Shown here: one piece after another, positions 13,798 to 26,179 of the stretch
Layout of the letters: the number at the start of each line of letters is the position of its first letter
Position numbering within the stretch: position 1 is the first letter of the stretch
Assembly: GCF_018350175.1 (NCBI RefSeq)
Contig: NC_058368.1
Coordinates: 232,998,001-233,062,000 of the forward strand
DNA: 64,000 nt
Reading direction: 5' to 3'
Source of the DNA: Felis catus
Lineage: Eukaryota
Translations under genes and position numbers: made by a program
The notes under the pieces: model-generated
The model's input: the letters and a program-made list of their open reading frames with translations, nothing else
Told to the model about the DNA's origin: nothing
Databases searched by the model: none

Positions 13798-14125
13798 CGC
13801 GTGTGTAATTACATTTTCTTTGTCCATTCATCTAGTGAAGGACGTTTAAGTTGTTTCCATACCTGGCTACACAGAATGCCATCGTAAACGTGGGAGTACG
13901 GATATTTCTCTGAGATCTTGATTTCAGTTCTTTTCGGTATAGACCCAGAAGTAGAAACCTGCTACAAATAGAACCTCCTAGTTCTATTTGTAATTTTTTG
14001 AGGAACCATCATTCTCTTCTTCATAACGGCTGTCCCAGTGTACATATCCATCCAACAGTTTGTATGGGTTCCCTTTTCCCCACATCTCACCAACATATTT
14101 TATCTCGTCTTTTTGTTAATAGTTT
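13375..14125 (-). mobile_element. LINE-1 3' end (L1MA-like) with internal (TG)n at ~13760-13806
   Basis: Antisense L1 motifs TTAAGATTCCACATATAAGTGA, TTCATCCATGTTGTC, TTTTTTGAGGAACCATCATTCT, CCCCACATCTCACCAACA. Confidence 0.88.
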
Positions 14126-14783
14126 GATGTTAACTGTCCTTGAGCCTTGCACAGGGGCTCTGTGGAATTATATCTCTTTTAAATCTGTGAAGATTTGATC
14201 TTAGGGAATCTTCAGTTGCCATTGGCAAATCTGAGGTGTCTGCATTTTAAATTAGGCTAAAAGCAAACGTACCGCCTACCGTCTGAGGCTTTGATTTAAT
14301 TACGAGTATCAGTATGTTTAATTGGAAAGAGATTTTAAAGATAAATCAAATAGCGTAAGGCTTAAGAGACTCTGGCACTGTTAAGGATTGTTTTAAAATT
14401 ATTGCACGAATTCTTTTTTTTATTGTTTTTCACAAAGGGGTTGGGACCAGTAGACCACAAATGATTCAGTCTTTCTACCGTATGCTCTCATTATTTGTTA
14501 TTAACATCTGCCCTGGGGTCTCATAGACTAATCAAAAATTTCCTTAAGGTATATTACAACTAAAGGGACAGGTGCCAGCTTCCCCACCTCATTTTATGCA
14601 AATATATTAAATTCTGAGCTCTAAAAAAATAGCAAAGACATGATATCAACTACTATCTCTTTCTTTGAGCAAATTAAAATGTATTAAGTAGAGATGTTCT
14701 ATAACCATCGGGTATTAAACCCCCTTCCTCTTTTCATTTTTCCTTTTAATGAAGCCAAGCCTGTAAGACCTAAATAAAATCTT

Positions 14784-15007
14784 TTTTTTTTTTATTTTTT
14801 AACGTTTATTTACTTTTGAGACAGAGAGAGAGAGACAGAGCATGAATGGGGGAGGGTCAGAGAGAGAGGGAGACACAGAATCCGAAACAGGCTCCAGGTT
14901 CTGAGCTGTCAGCACAGAGCCCGATGCGGGGCTCGAACTCACGGACCGCGAGATTGTGACCTGAGCCGAAGTCAGACGCTCAACCGACTGAGCCACCCAG
15001 GCATCCC
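14784..15007 (-). mobile_element. Can-SINE
   Basis: Reverse SINE ending GCCACCCAGGCATCCC; TSD AGACCTAAATAAAATCTT at 14766-14783 and 15008-15025. Confidence 0.97.
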
Positions 15008-15124
15008 AGACCTAAATAAAATCTTAAAGATCATCTCATCCAACCAATTTGACTAAAACAAAACAAAGAAGAAGAAGAAGTCCAGAGGAGTTAAAATCAC
15101 TTCTGTCCAATGACAGAACCAGTC

Positions 15125-15151
15125 TGTGTGTGTGTGTGTGTGTGTGTGTGT
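15125..15151 (+). repeat. (TG)n microsatellite
   Basis: Read directly. Confidence 0.95.
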
Positions 15152-16003
15152 AACATGTATATATATAAACATATGCATATATCTGTAGACACATATATGT
15201 ACACCATATATATGCATGTGTGTAAACTGAGAATATCATTTCTTCCTAAATAATCCTGTATTTATTTGGTGTGACACGTGAAACCTGGAAAGTGATATGT
15301 AACTTTTTGAGAACTAATAGGAGGAAAGCTATTTTAATATTCCTATGAGAAAAAAATATTTCCATGTCTCTAATTAAATGCACGCTTTAAAAAGTGAATA
15401 GTATTTAACTTAATTAAACAGCGTCAAATGTATGGTGACATTATTCTCCTCAAAACCAAGCCAACTTCTGCACAAATTCCTAATGAGTTTATAGACAGAT
15501 GATCAATATAGAGTTACAGTATGGGAGCTGAGGAAGGTGTCAGGTTGCATTTGCCAGATAGGGTGATGACATTGCCCTAATTCCACTGCCAAACGCCATC
15601 TGCCCCAAGCACCAGGACCATTAAATTCTGGCTTGTGCCCTGTGTCATTTGATGACTGGCGTTCTGTCAGTGACTTTGGAGGAGCCATTGAAATTCTCAC
15701 TTCTTCAAATGAGGACTAGGTCACAATAGCAATCTGTCAACAGATGCCTTTAGAATATGCAGAACTCAGAGTATTTGGTTTGCCCGGCCCCACCTCTGAA
15801 CATGATTTTAGTTTTTATTCCAGTAGCAACGTTTAAAATGTCTTCAAGAAACCCCTGTGATTGTGTTTTTTCTCAACCCAGTCATTGAACTATTGTAATT
15901 CACGCATTTCCACAAAATGCATGCACGACACAAAAAGACATAAAGACTTTGTGGTGTTAAAGAGATTTGTCAAAGGTCTGGTTGTTAAAAGAATGGCATT
16001 GGT

Positions 16004-16228
16004 GGGGCGCCTGGGTGGCGCAGTCGGTTAAGCGTCCGACTTCAGCCAGGTCACGATCTCGCGGTCCGTGAGTTTGAGCCCCGCGTCGGGCTCTGTACTG
16101 ACAGCTCAGAGCCTGGAGCCTGTTTCTGATTCTGTGTCTTCCTCTCTCTCTGCCCCACCCCCGTTCATGCTCTGTCTCTCTCTGTCCCAAAAAATAAATA
16201 AACATTGAAAAAAAAATTTTTTTTAAAA
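16004..16228 (+). mobile_element. Can-SINE, young SINEC_Fc-type
   Basis: Full head, body and tail; TSD AAAAGAATGGCATTGGT at 15987-16003 and 16229-16245. Confidence 0.97.
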
Positions 16229-19200
16229 AAAAGAATGGCATTGGTGATGCTTGACTTTCATTTGAAGACACGTAATACATCACTGTAGCCACTCAAAGAG
16301 CCAGGATCAGCCCAGTGTCCCTGAAGAATCATTCACATTGGGCAATTCCCAGGGAGCCAGGGAGGTCTAGCCACATCCCTCCGGTTTACCCTACCAAGCC
16401 TCTGCTGGTGGCACCAGCTTATTCAGTCCCCAGCTGTGGCCCCTCTGTGGCAGACGTCCTTTGTTTGAAGCTGCAAGTAACAAAGAATTCTGCATTTCAT
16501 CTATGTGAGTATCCTTGTGGTCTGTCCTACCGTTCGAAGAATAGATAATCCTACGTAACATATTAGAATTATAAAGCAATGATGCTGACTTCAATGGCTG
16601 ATATCCCATTTCTCCAGGTTTCCTTGTTAGGCAGTACAAGCCTTTTTAAAACACAGAAACGTACACGCAAACGTTACTCAATACATACTGGCTGATTGGT
16701 TTAAAATTCACTGGGTTGAACGTATAGCCAAGTTATCAAGAAAATGCCAAGTGTGTTTTATTTTGATTTTTGTTCGTGGAGTTATCAGACCATGATGCAG
16801 AGAACCCAGGGCTATTCCACCGAAAATTGCCTCCAGGGACTCGGCATATCGTGCATAATAATTTATGACATGGAATCTTATTCTAGGTAATGGTTTCACA
16901 AACTCCCCTGGCAAGCATTTATTGGATGCCATTTGCGGCCCAGGCAGTGTGTGTGTTGCAGGGACTAGAGAGGGAGGCAAAGATTGTCTGAGACAAAGGC
17001 GATGAGCCCCAATAAAACTGAGTGTGACTCCAGCAATGGAACCTCCTTGGGGTGAAGAAGTCAACAATACGACACCTCAGTGTAACGACCTCCCAGTGCT
17101 CTGAGCCACCGGCCGCCATCATGGATGGAAGCTCTCAGGGGAGCAGTCAGGTTGTTCTCCCCTCATTTTCTTCAGGAACAAGGTCAAAGTTGATACACAG
17201 AAGGTTCTAGAAACTTAAGTTCATGTAAAATAAAAATTGTACTGGCTGAATTTCTTTCCTAGTAGGTCAGTTTGTCTTTTTCCGCTTGAAAGGCAAGGCT
17301 TACGACAGTCACACCATGCTATGAGAAAACATATTTCCTCGATAGAAACCGTGACCAAAACACTTGTGTGCATATTTGGAATCCAATACCTTTTGTTAAA
17401 CTTAAATGCAACTAGTCTTTGACTTAAGTACTTATCTCAAAGGTTGCACCTGAAAACATCTTTTCAAAACCCTGGGAATCTCTTGGAGACTAGGTTTCTA
17501 GCAGAGTCACACAGGGCAGGGCTGGGCTCCAGGAATCCTGCCCTCTTCTCTCCAGTCTGGAATGAGTCGACAGCTCCTTACTGGTCTTCCAGCTGTGGGG
17601 TGAAACGTGCCTCTGGAGAAAGCAGTTCTGCTCCCGGAAGGGCCACTGCGTGTCTTTATCAGATGTGTACTCTGCAGGTGGACTGTGGCCAAGAATTGTC
17701 TGTAGAAACGTGTCTGTTGGGGGCTTAGATGTTTCAGACACTGATAGTTTAGGTTGCCTACTACGCTGTGTGGATATCGGCAAATATATTCTGTTACCAA
17801 GAGAAGGACGGCATGTCCCCATCCAAGAACAGAAGGAATCTTCCTTTGTTCTGCTGAGCCTCTTGGTGTGTTTGGACCAGCAAGGTTGTGAAGGAAAGGT
17901 GAGGAGAGATTAAAATGTTCAGGGTGTCCACTTGATAAGGGGAGATGAGTGTGGGTTTCCCAAGCAACCTGAGAGGGAAGGCGAGTTCCCTCTACTTGAA
18001 ATGAGATTCTACCACCACGTGTGGACAGGTGAGAGGGAAACCTTCGAGCATTGAAGGTGGTTTTAGGCTCACCTGGACGTGGGCTGCTCCCAGCCTGCTC
18101 ATGGAATCAGGCAGCACCCTTCTCTGGATGGAGGAACGTTTGTACTAGGTCTCGAGTGTTCCCCCCAGATAATTTTCAGAGACATTGATCGGTGACATGC
18201 GATCACCGGTGCCAGGAGGACACGTTTGGGCGGCAGAGGCCCCGCTTCGAATCTGCAGGGTCTTTGGATCTCTGCTCCACAAACATCTGTTCTTTCTTGT
18301 CTCCTCCCCTGTGCCCACACCCGACCCTTTACAGAGAGTTTCTATACTCCCCAAGGGGTGATGGAGACGGACTCTTTGTCTAGTCCGCTGTTCGTTTGGT
18401 GGGAATTAAACAGTCTCAGAGTGGAAACTGAATACCTGAACTTCAAGTACCCGAGAAGAGGTAGATAACATGGCAAGAGGCGGGCAGCCCAGCCCCCCAC
18501 CGACGAGTGAGTCGCCTTGGGCCAGCACTTGACCTCACCCAACGGTGAGAGCAAGTCAGCAAACCCCCAGCCTTGCTACTTGTAAAACACCCTGAATGCC
18601 CATCAGAGGGAACTCAGGGAATGGGAACAGCCCATCCAGGTGACAAAAACACAGGCTGGGACTCTGCAGCAGGCTGGGAATCTAGAAACGGTGGCTTTGC
18701 CACCATATGACAGAAGTTTTGCTTTAATCTTAGTTGACGTGTGGTTGAATACGACTTGGGGGTAGATGGAGAGCATCGGCTTCAAGAGACATACTGAACT
18801 TCTCCGAAACACGCGCATCTCCATCATTGCATCAGGCCGAACTTTGAGATGATGTCTCTGGGAGTGAGTCCTCCAGACCGCCTTGATTTCCAGGGAGGGA
18901 GTCCTGAACCATGACCTTCGTCCTCACCTGTCATTCCCTGGAAAGCTGCACCGTGGGGAATGGTGACTCTGAAGCTGGGGACACGTAGTGACAGCCCACA
19001 GGACTGGTGCCATCTGTCACACCGGTGACCGCAGCAAGCCAACAGGGCCAGCCTGAAGTCCTCTCCTGTAGATTTCCAAGGGAAGCTGTCCCAGGTACGT
19101 GCAGCCACAGAGTGAAAGAGGCACGGATGCTGATGGAGGGCGAGGCACTGATTCTGGGACAGAATCCCCAGGGGCTCCCAGAGTGCAGCGGGGCCTCTGC

Positions 19201-19269
19201 TCAGGTTGTGGGGTTTCTTTGCTTTGAAGATCAATATAAGCTCAGATCTATGAGGCCAACAGTCCTGGA

Positions 19270-19440
19270 CTTGGCCCGTGTCCTCAACAGGGTTACGTCT
19301 CTTCCGAGTCTCTATTAGCAGAATTGTAAAATTAAGCTATAGGGCTTACTTCGAATGCTCCTTGGGAGTTAAAAGGATAATTCGTAGGAAGTAGCTGGCC
19401 CTATGTTGGCACATGAGAACATTTTCATAAATGTTCGTTT
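19270..19440 (+). mobile_element. Degenerate MIR
   Basis: TGTAAAATT...GGGAGTTAAAAGGATAAT...TGGCACATGAGAACATTTTCATAAATGTT resembles the MIR 3' half. Confidence 0.45.
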
Positions 19441-20391
19441 TCTTTCTGCCCCTTAAGGGATACAGAGAGGGCTCCTGGAAACTTCAGGGAGGCGTGGATA
19501 AGGTTCCTTCCTTTGGTTACCCTTCTGCACTGCATCCGATAAACCTTAACACCAGTCCCTTCCCTGGACTGTCTTAGAAGCAAAAACTCTAGATGACCAG
19601 GAAAACTCCCGAAAATTATCATCCTTGGCATTTCTCAGGATATAAAATGCTTTCCTAAATTTGAGCCCTGTTTTTCCCCCTTGTACTCGGGCTGTTATGT
19701 TGGTTTCAGCCTGACTAGTAAACTTGCACCTCACCTCAGGGTTATGAGTCTGTCTTCTCTTGCCACTGAGTTCTTGAGTCAGGCTCTGCTGGGTGATCTT
19801 GAGGAGAAAGTGCTCCTTCTCACTGCCGCAGACTCAGGCCCTCCGGGAAGCACCCGACTTCTGCCTTTACTGGACTCCGTTTCACAGCCGTCAGTGGGTT
19901 TTCTCTAACTACCACTGTCTCCTCATCCCTCCATTTTCCATCTATTTTATTCCCATCTACTGGGACCTGTGGAGTCAGGGGAAACGATTTAGAGGCTTTC
20001 AACCAACCACTTGGTAGCTGAAGTTGCTACAATTGTGTTTTTCTCTGAGTTATGAAATCACTTCCCTTGATTTTCAAATGTCATTACCTACGGCATTAGG
20101 TGTTAATTTTACACAAAGATCGGTGTGTTTTAATATGTAACTTTAGGAACCTTCAGCCCAGCCTAAGGGACTTTAAAATGACAATCAAATAGTCTAAAAA
20201 TATCAAACAAATCTTATCATATGGGACCTAATTTTGTTCATTAATTAATGATAATAAGAAAACAGGAAATTCCTATATCTAGTTCCCCTAGTATGGAACA
20301 CTGTAGGAGTAATTCAGATGATCTTGCCTTTACCTTACTCAATAGTGAAGCATAAAAGGTTATTGACCTTAGATATTGAAGAATAATATCC

Positions 20392-20622
20392 TTTTTTTTT
20401 TTTAATTTTTTTTTCAACGTTTTTTTATTTATTTTTTGGGACAGAGAGAGACAGAGCATGAACGGGGGAGGGGCCTAGAGAGAGGGAGACACAGAATCGG
20501 AAACAGGCTCCAGGCTCCGAGCCATCAGCCCAGAGCCCGACGCGGGGCTCGAACTCACGGACCGCAAGATCGTGACCTGGCTGAAGTCGGACGCTTAACC
20601 GACTGCGCCACCCAGGCGCCCC
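20392..20622 (-). mobile_element. Can-SINE, young SINEC_Fc-type, inserted at the tail of the neighbouring SINE
   Basis: Reverse SINE ending GCCACCCAGGCGCCCC; AATATCCTTTTT duplicated at 20385 and 20623. Confidence 0.97.
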
Positions 20623-20629
20623 AATATCC

Positions 20630-20840
20630 TTTTTTTAAAAATGTTTTTCAACGTTTATTTATTTCTGAGAGACAGAGAGTGTGCGGGGGAGGGGCAGAGA
20701 GAGAGGGAGACACAGAATCTGAAGCAGGCTCCTAGCTCTGAGCTGTCAGCACAGAGCCTGACGCAGGGCTTGAGCTCACTAGCCTTGAGATTATGACCTG
20801 AGCCAAAGTCAGACAGCTGACTGAGCCATCCAGGCACTCC
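20630..20840 (-). mobile_element. Can-SINE, older host copy
   Basis: Reverse SINE ending GCCATCCAGGCACTCC; CpG-decayed; flanks TTGA(A)GAATAATAT at 20376 and 20841. Confidence 0.95.
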
Positions 20841-21060
20841 TTGAGAATAATATTCTAAAGAGATCTATTAATTCACATTCACTTTTGGGTACTAAAGATG
20901 CTTAGTGAGATCTTTAAAAATAATTAACTTTAAGGAAAAACACTCCCCAATAATGTTTAAAAAAATTACACTTTTATTGGTAAGAATGAACTCGACCTTG
21001 GTCTCTGACTGAAAATCCTGCCCTGATCCATTTTTTTCGAACTCCTTGGGTGACATTTTT

Positions 21061-21281
21061 ATTATTTTCTTTATTAAAAAAAATGTTAATGTTTATTTAT
21101 TTTTGAGAGACAGGTCATGAGCAGGGAAGAGGCAGAGAGAGAGGGAGACACAGAATCCGAAGCAAGCTCCAGGCTCTGAGCCGTCAGCAGAGAGCCTGAT
21201 GCAGGGCTTGAACCCATGAACTGTGAGATCATAACCTGAGCCAAAGTCAGACACTCAACCGACTGAGCCATCCAGGTGCCC
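21061..21281 (-). mobile_element. Can-SINE
   Basis: TSD CTCCTTGGGTGACATTTTT at 21042-21060 and 21282-21300. Confidence 0.96.
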
Positions 21282-21332
21282 CTCCTTGGGTGACATTTTT
21301 AAAGGAGGACAAGCCCTTAAGAGTTACATTAT

Positions 21333-21545
21333 GGGGTCCCTGGACAGCTCAGTTGGTTAAGCATCTGACTTTGGCACAGGTCATGATCTCAGGGTTCACG
21401 GGTTCAAGCCCTGCGTCGGGTTCTGTGCTGATGGCTCAGAGCCCGGAGTCTGCTTCAGATTCTGTGTCTCCCTCTCTCTCTCTCCCCCTCCCCTGCTCAC
21501 ACTCTGTCTCTCTTTCTCGCAAAAATAAATAAACATTAAAAAATT
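21333..21545 (+). mobile_element. Can-SINE
   Basis: TSD TTAAGAGTTACATTAT at 21317-21332 and 21546-21561. Confidence 0.96.
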
Positions 21546-21617
21546 TTAAGAGTTACATTATAAAGCAGTTATAGTTACTGTTTTGCAATAGTATTACCTG
21601 TCAGATTTTAATGTTGC

Positions 21618-22560
21618 TTTTTTTAAATCATTCCCTTTAACAGATTAACAGAACAAAGATGTTTAATGAATCCAAGGTTATAGGCAGCCAATGTACAGGC
21701 ATCATAATAGTATGCATACCAATAGAGGCAGCTTCAAAGCAAGGGAGTAAACCAATTCTTTTTCCTTTTCACCTTCTTGGATCGCTGGGCGCTCTCCCAG
21801 TTGACCTGCACACTTCCCTGCTCCCTGGCCCCCTTCCAGTGCTGTTATTTGGAAATGATGTTCCGAGTTTTCCTACTCCATCTAAGATAGAAATAGGAAG
21901 ATGGTCCCACAAACAAGGTTGAAGACCTTCAAAACCATTCCTCTGTGGAACTTGACCCACCCGTGTGGTGTCTGTTCCGCTGATGAATTTCTCTGCTTCA
22001 AGGCTGTGATTGATCACGTAGGTGGCATCACAGACCACTAATTGACCACAGTGTTGCTCGGAATGCAAGCTTTTGAAGCCCACCGATCGTATCAATTTTT
22101 CAAAGCCCACTGAAAAAAGTCCTATTTCAGGCAAAGCATTCACCAGTTCTTTTTTTTTTTTCCTAGACATCCTATTCAGTTCTTTTGAAGTTTTGGAAAC
22201 ACTCTCTGTCATTTTAGACTTGCTTCAGCTGTTGTCAAGCTTTACTTTCACTTTGTTAACAAAGTAAGTAGTGTGTTTACACGCTGTGCTTGGTAAATGC
22301 GATACCCGAAGGCTCTGTAGGTCTCTGTTGTCTTGTTTCTTCTGGTTCTCACTCATGGTGCTGTCTTTCCATGCACTGACCAATGTCTCTGAAAATGTAT
22401 TTGCGGGAAACACTGGAGACCTGGCAGGAACGTTCCTCCCTCCAGAGAACGATGCTGCCTGATTCCGTAAGCTAGCTGAGAGCAGCCCAAGTCAGGTGAA
22501 CCTAAAGTCAAGTCTAGTGCTCAAGGGTTTCCGGCGATGCAGGGACATGTATCCCATTGC
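21618..22560 (-). pseudogene. Candidate decayed coding sequence or processed pseudogene, parent unidentified
   Basis: One minus-strand frame from ATG 22557 to stop 21769 has only two internal TGA (22494-22492, 22227-22225); ATTAAA at 21667-21662 and A7 at 21624-21618 downstream; protein not recognised. Confidence 0.35.
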
Positions 22561-22847
22561 CAACACACGTGACCAAACTACAGTCCCTGTTTCTCATGGA
22601 TTTCTTTCCTCGTTCCATTTTTCTCTATTTTGATTTATGCTAAGATCTTATTCCAGAGGTGTTCTTGGAAGCGTGATATTGCTTGAACTTCCATACTTCC
22701 ATTAATCCATTCAGTATTTTCAAAAAATCCAGTAAAACCCAAGAAAGGATACAAAAAATTTCTGAACTGTTTCCTTTGTTCTGTTGTTTCTGAAGAAATA
22801 GTAACCTCACTAGGTGTAGAATTGGAAATTAGCATCATGTTTTACTT

Positions 22848-23068
22848 TCTTTTTAATTTTTTTAATGTTTATTTATTTTTGAGAGAGAGAGAGAGAGAGA
22901 GGACAGAGCACGAGCAGGGGAGGGACAGAGAGAGAGGGAGACACCAGAATCCGAAGCAGGCTCCAGGTTCTGAGCTGTCTGCACAGAGTCCGACGCGGGG
23001 CTCGAATCGTGAGATCATGACCTGAGCCGAAGTCGGACGCTCAACCGACTGAGCCACCCACATGCCCC
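22848..23068 (-). mobile_element. Can-SINE
   Basis: Reverse SINE ending GCCACCCACATGCCCC, adjacent to the L1 fragment. Confidence 0.95.
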
Positions 23069-23430
23069 AATCAGTTTTAACTTTGTATATTTTGGTGCTG
23101 TTGCGAGATGCAGTCCATTATTATTTTATCTTTCTGGTGCATTGATCTTCTTATTATAAAATTCCCTCTTTATCTCCAGTAGCACATTTTGCTTTAAAGT
23201 CTATTTTGTCCAATATGAGTGTAGACACTCCAACTCTCCTGGGGATGCAGTTTGCTTGATATATCTTTGATCATCCTTTTACTTTCAATCTACTTGTAGT
23301 TTTGAATCTAAAGGGTCTCCTACAGACAGCCTATTAGTAGAATCTTGTTTAATATCCACCGTCTGATAACCTCTGCCATTGATTAAATGGCTTTATCCAT
23401 TCATATCTAATGGCTTTATTGATATAGTTG
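23069..23430 (-). mobile_element. Old LINE-1 ORF2 endonuclease-domain fragment
   Basis: Minus strand encodes RLKVKG*SKIYQAN...VGVSTLILDKIDFK, like the L1 ORF2 APE endonuclease N-terminus; probably continues past the SINE to ~22600. Confidence 0.85.
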
Positions 23431-23647
23431 AATTTGAGCTGCCATTTGTATTTCACAATTTACCTATTCAGTTCCTCTGATCTAGTTTCACATAGCCTTA
23501 CACATATAATCCATTGAAAAATAGAAGATATATTTTATAATATAAAATTATGGCTTTATGCCTCCACGTTATTCTGAATGTTTTATGTATGATTTACCCA
23601 GGAAAATGTCTCCTTCAACAATTAATGTTTTAAAATACATGATTGGG

Positions 23648-23777
23648 AGGGTACCTGGGTGGCTCAGTTGGTTGAGCGTCCAACTTCAGCTCAGGCCATG
23701 AACTTGTGGTCCCTGAGTTTGAGCCCCATTTTGGGCTCTGTGCTGAGGGTGCAAGGCCTGGGGCCTGCTTCAGATTC

Positions 23778-23809
<32 letters not shown>

Positions 23810-23887
23810 CCCTTGTCCCACTCACTCTGTCTCTCTGTCTCTCTCTCTCTCTCAAAAAATAAATACAAACATTAACAAAAAATTTTT
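23648..23887 (+). mobile_element. Can-SINE
   Basis: GGGTACCTGGGTGGCTCAGTTGG head, CT tracts, tail; TSD AAATACA(T/C)GATTGG. Confidence 0.95.
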
Positions 23888-25494
23888 AAATACACGATTG
23901 GTAATTCAACTTCTTTGTGATTATCTTCTTAAGTCTTTGAATTCTCCAAGTGGACATATTCAGGTGAAAAACAGATCAAAGCCATCCCAGTGTGAAACTG
24001 AAATTCAACTTTTATTTATAATAGAACCTGTTCGTTCTTGATTTATCAGCCATTTTACATTATGTGAGATCATATTTTCCTTTGCATTTCCTTTTTCCAA
24101 AATTAAAGAGTTCTTCAATCCAGCATTTCTAACTGTTTTCTCAGAGCATTAATGTCTTCAGTGCACACACCTAAAAAAAAAAGAGAGAAAGAAAAAAGAA
24201 AGTGCCCAGTGGCTGCAGCAGGTGTGTGGGGGCAGGGACAGAATAGCACTCAGGATGGTGAGCAGCAGGACAGTGTCCTTGAAGGCAACATGAGGAGCCC
24301 TCCTGAGATTTGGGCTGGCCTCTGCTAAAAGGGACCTGAGATATGAAGAATTCTTTTTGATATTTAGGATCGCAGCAATCCTTTAATAATTTTTTTCTCA
24401 GCAGATCTAGAAGTCATGTGACCATCCAAGATGGCCGTTAAGAGTTATCAGCCCCTTGCTCCATTAACCTTTCAGATCCCCTCAGGGCGAAATGGGTTTC
24501 CTGCTGGACCCACTGGCTGAAACACAGGCCCTGAAACCACAGGCCATTCTCAACACTGCCAGGTCACCCTGTCCCTTCACTGAGGCCCTTGTGACTGCTG
24601 TTGACTGCGTTGTTGGTCTTAGGCTTCCACTCATCCAGTGAAGGTCTTCATGTGTTCTGTTTACTGACATTTTTTATTACATAGAACTGTAAGAAGATGG
24701 GGAATATTTCTCAGAACGTCCAGAGTAGTGCATCTGTTCGGAAGTGATGTCGATGAGCCAGTGGATGTGGGAGTGAGATCCCCAAGGGATGTTCAAGTTC
24801 CCGCACTGCCTTCTTGGACGGGTGGGTCCCTTTGCTTACTAACCACTGGGCATTGAGAAAGAGCCGTGTTTTTCCACACAGGGGAGCAGAGGGAAGGCCC
24901 TGTGCTTGTGTTGACCCTGTGAAGGCAAAGGCTGACAGACAGTCCGATAGGAGGCCATTGAAGAAGGCTGATTGTCTCTCAAGACCCCTTCATGGAAAAC
25001 CTGATGCCTGACGATGGGGCACCTGGGTAACAGAAGGTTCCTAAGATGGAGACTTGAGGATCTGCCATCTCACGGAGGGCACAGCCTTGTCAGAACCTGC
25101 AGTCAGACACGCAGGGAGCCTGGTCCTGCCAGCCTGACCCAGGACACTCTGGTGGGCACGGCCCATTCCGGAGGCCCCTGCCAGGGAAGAAGAGACTGTG
25201 CTTTGTCAGCCTGACATCGAAAATTCCACCTCCTCCCCTGCCCATCTTGTTTCCTCCCTTCCCCTTCCGGGTGTTGATCTCCGGGAAGCATCTTGATGTC
25301 CAAACTCCAAGTCAGCCTCTGTTTCCTGAGAACACAATCTATGAGAAGACAAACGTGTCTCCCAGGGGTTTTCAATGGAGTACACAGCAAAATGCCCCAT
25401 GCTTTCTGCTGTCAGCCACAGGGGCCTTGCCACCATGGTTTCGAGTCAAGTGGATGCTTCTCTGGAGAAGGACATGAGGTGGCACTCAATCTTT

Positions 25495-25716
25495 GGTTTT
25501 TTGTTGTTTTAAGTTTATTCATTCTTGAGAGAGAGAGAGAGACAGAGAGAGTGAGCAGGGGAGGGGCAGAGAGAGAGGGAGACACAGAATCTCAAGCAGG
25601 CTCCAGGCTCTGAACTGTCAGCACGGAGCCCGACACGGGGCTTGCACTCAGGAACTGCCCGATCATGACCTGAGCCCAAGTCAGACACTTAACTTACTGA
25701 GCCATCCAGGTGCCCC
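25495..25716 (-). mobile_element. Can-SINE
   Basis: Reverse SINE ending GCCATCCAGGTGCCCC; TGGCACTC on both flanks. Confidence 0.95.
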
Positions 25717-25970
25717 TGGCACTCTCTCTCTCTTTGAAGCAGAACCACAGAGCAGGGCACGGGCTGGGCAGAGGACATGGGGACCTCGGGCATCTGTGTT
25801 ACCATTCAGACTCTCCTGTTGGAGGTCTTGCCAGAGAGGCTCTTTTGTTGGTTCTGTCTAGATTTCCTTAAAAAAGAAAAGTCTTGGTAAGACATGGGAC
25901 TCTTTTCACCAGCGCACACTGGAGCCTTTGTGATGATTTTACCGATATATGTTTTAAAACGCTGATTTCT

Positions 25971-26166
25971 GGGGGGACCTGGGTGGCTCACTTGGTTAAG
26001 TGTCCGACTCACGATTTCAAGTCAGGTCATGATCTCATGATTCGTGGGATCAAGCCCCACGTCGGGCTCTGCGTTGACAGCTCAGAGCCCACTTGGGATT
26101 CTCTCTGTCCCTCCCCCACGTGCATGCTCTCTCTCTCTCTCTCAAAATAAATAAAATATTTTTTTT
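25971..26166 (+). mobile_element. Can-SINE (older type)
   Basis: GGGGGGACCTGGGTGGCTCAC head; AA(C/T)GCTGATTTCT on both flanks. Confidence 0.94.
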
Positions 26167-26179
26167 AATGCTGATTTCT

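Noticed and set aside
21769..22413. Naming the candidate pseudogene (loose resemblances to sorting-nexin BAR domains and securin)
   Set aside because: Only a few scattered residues with inconsistent spacing; a mammalian retrocopy should match far better.
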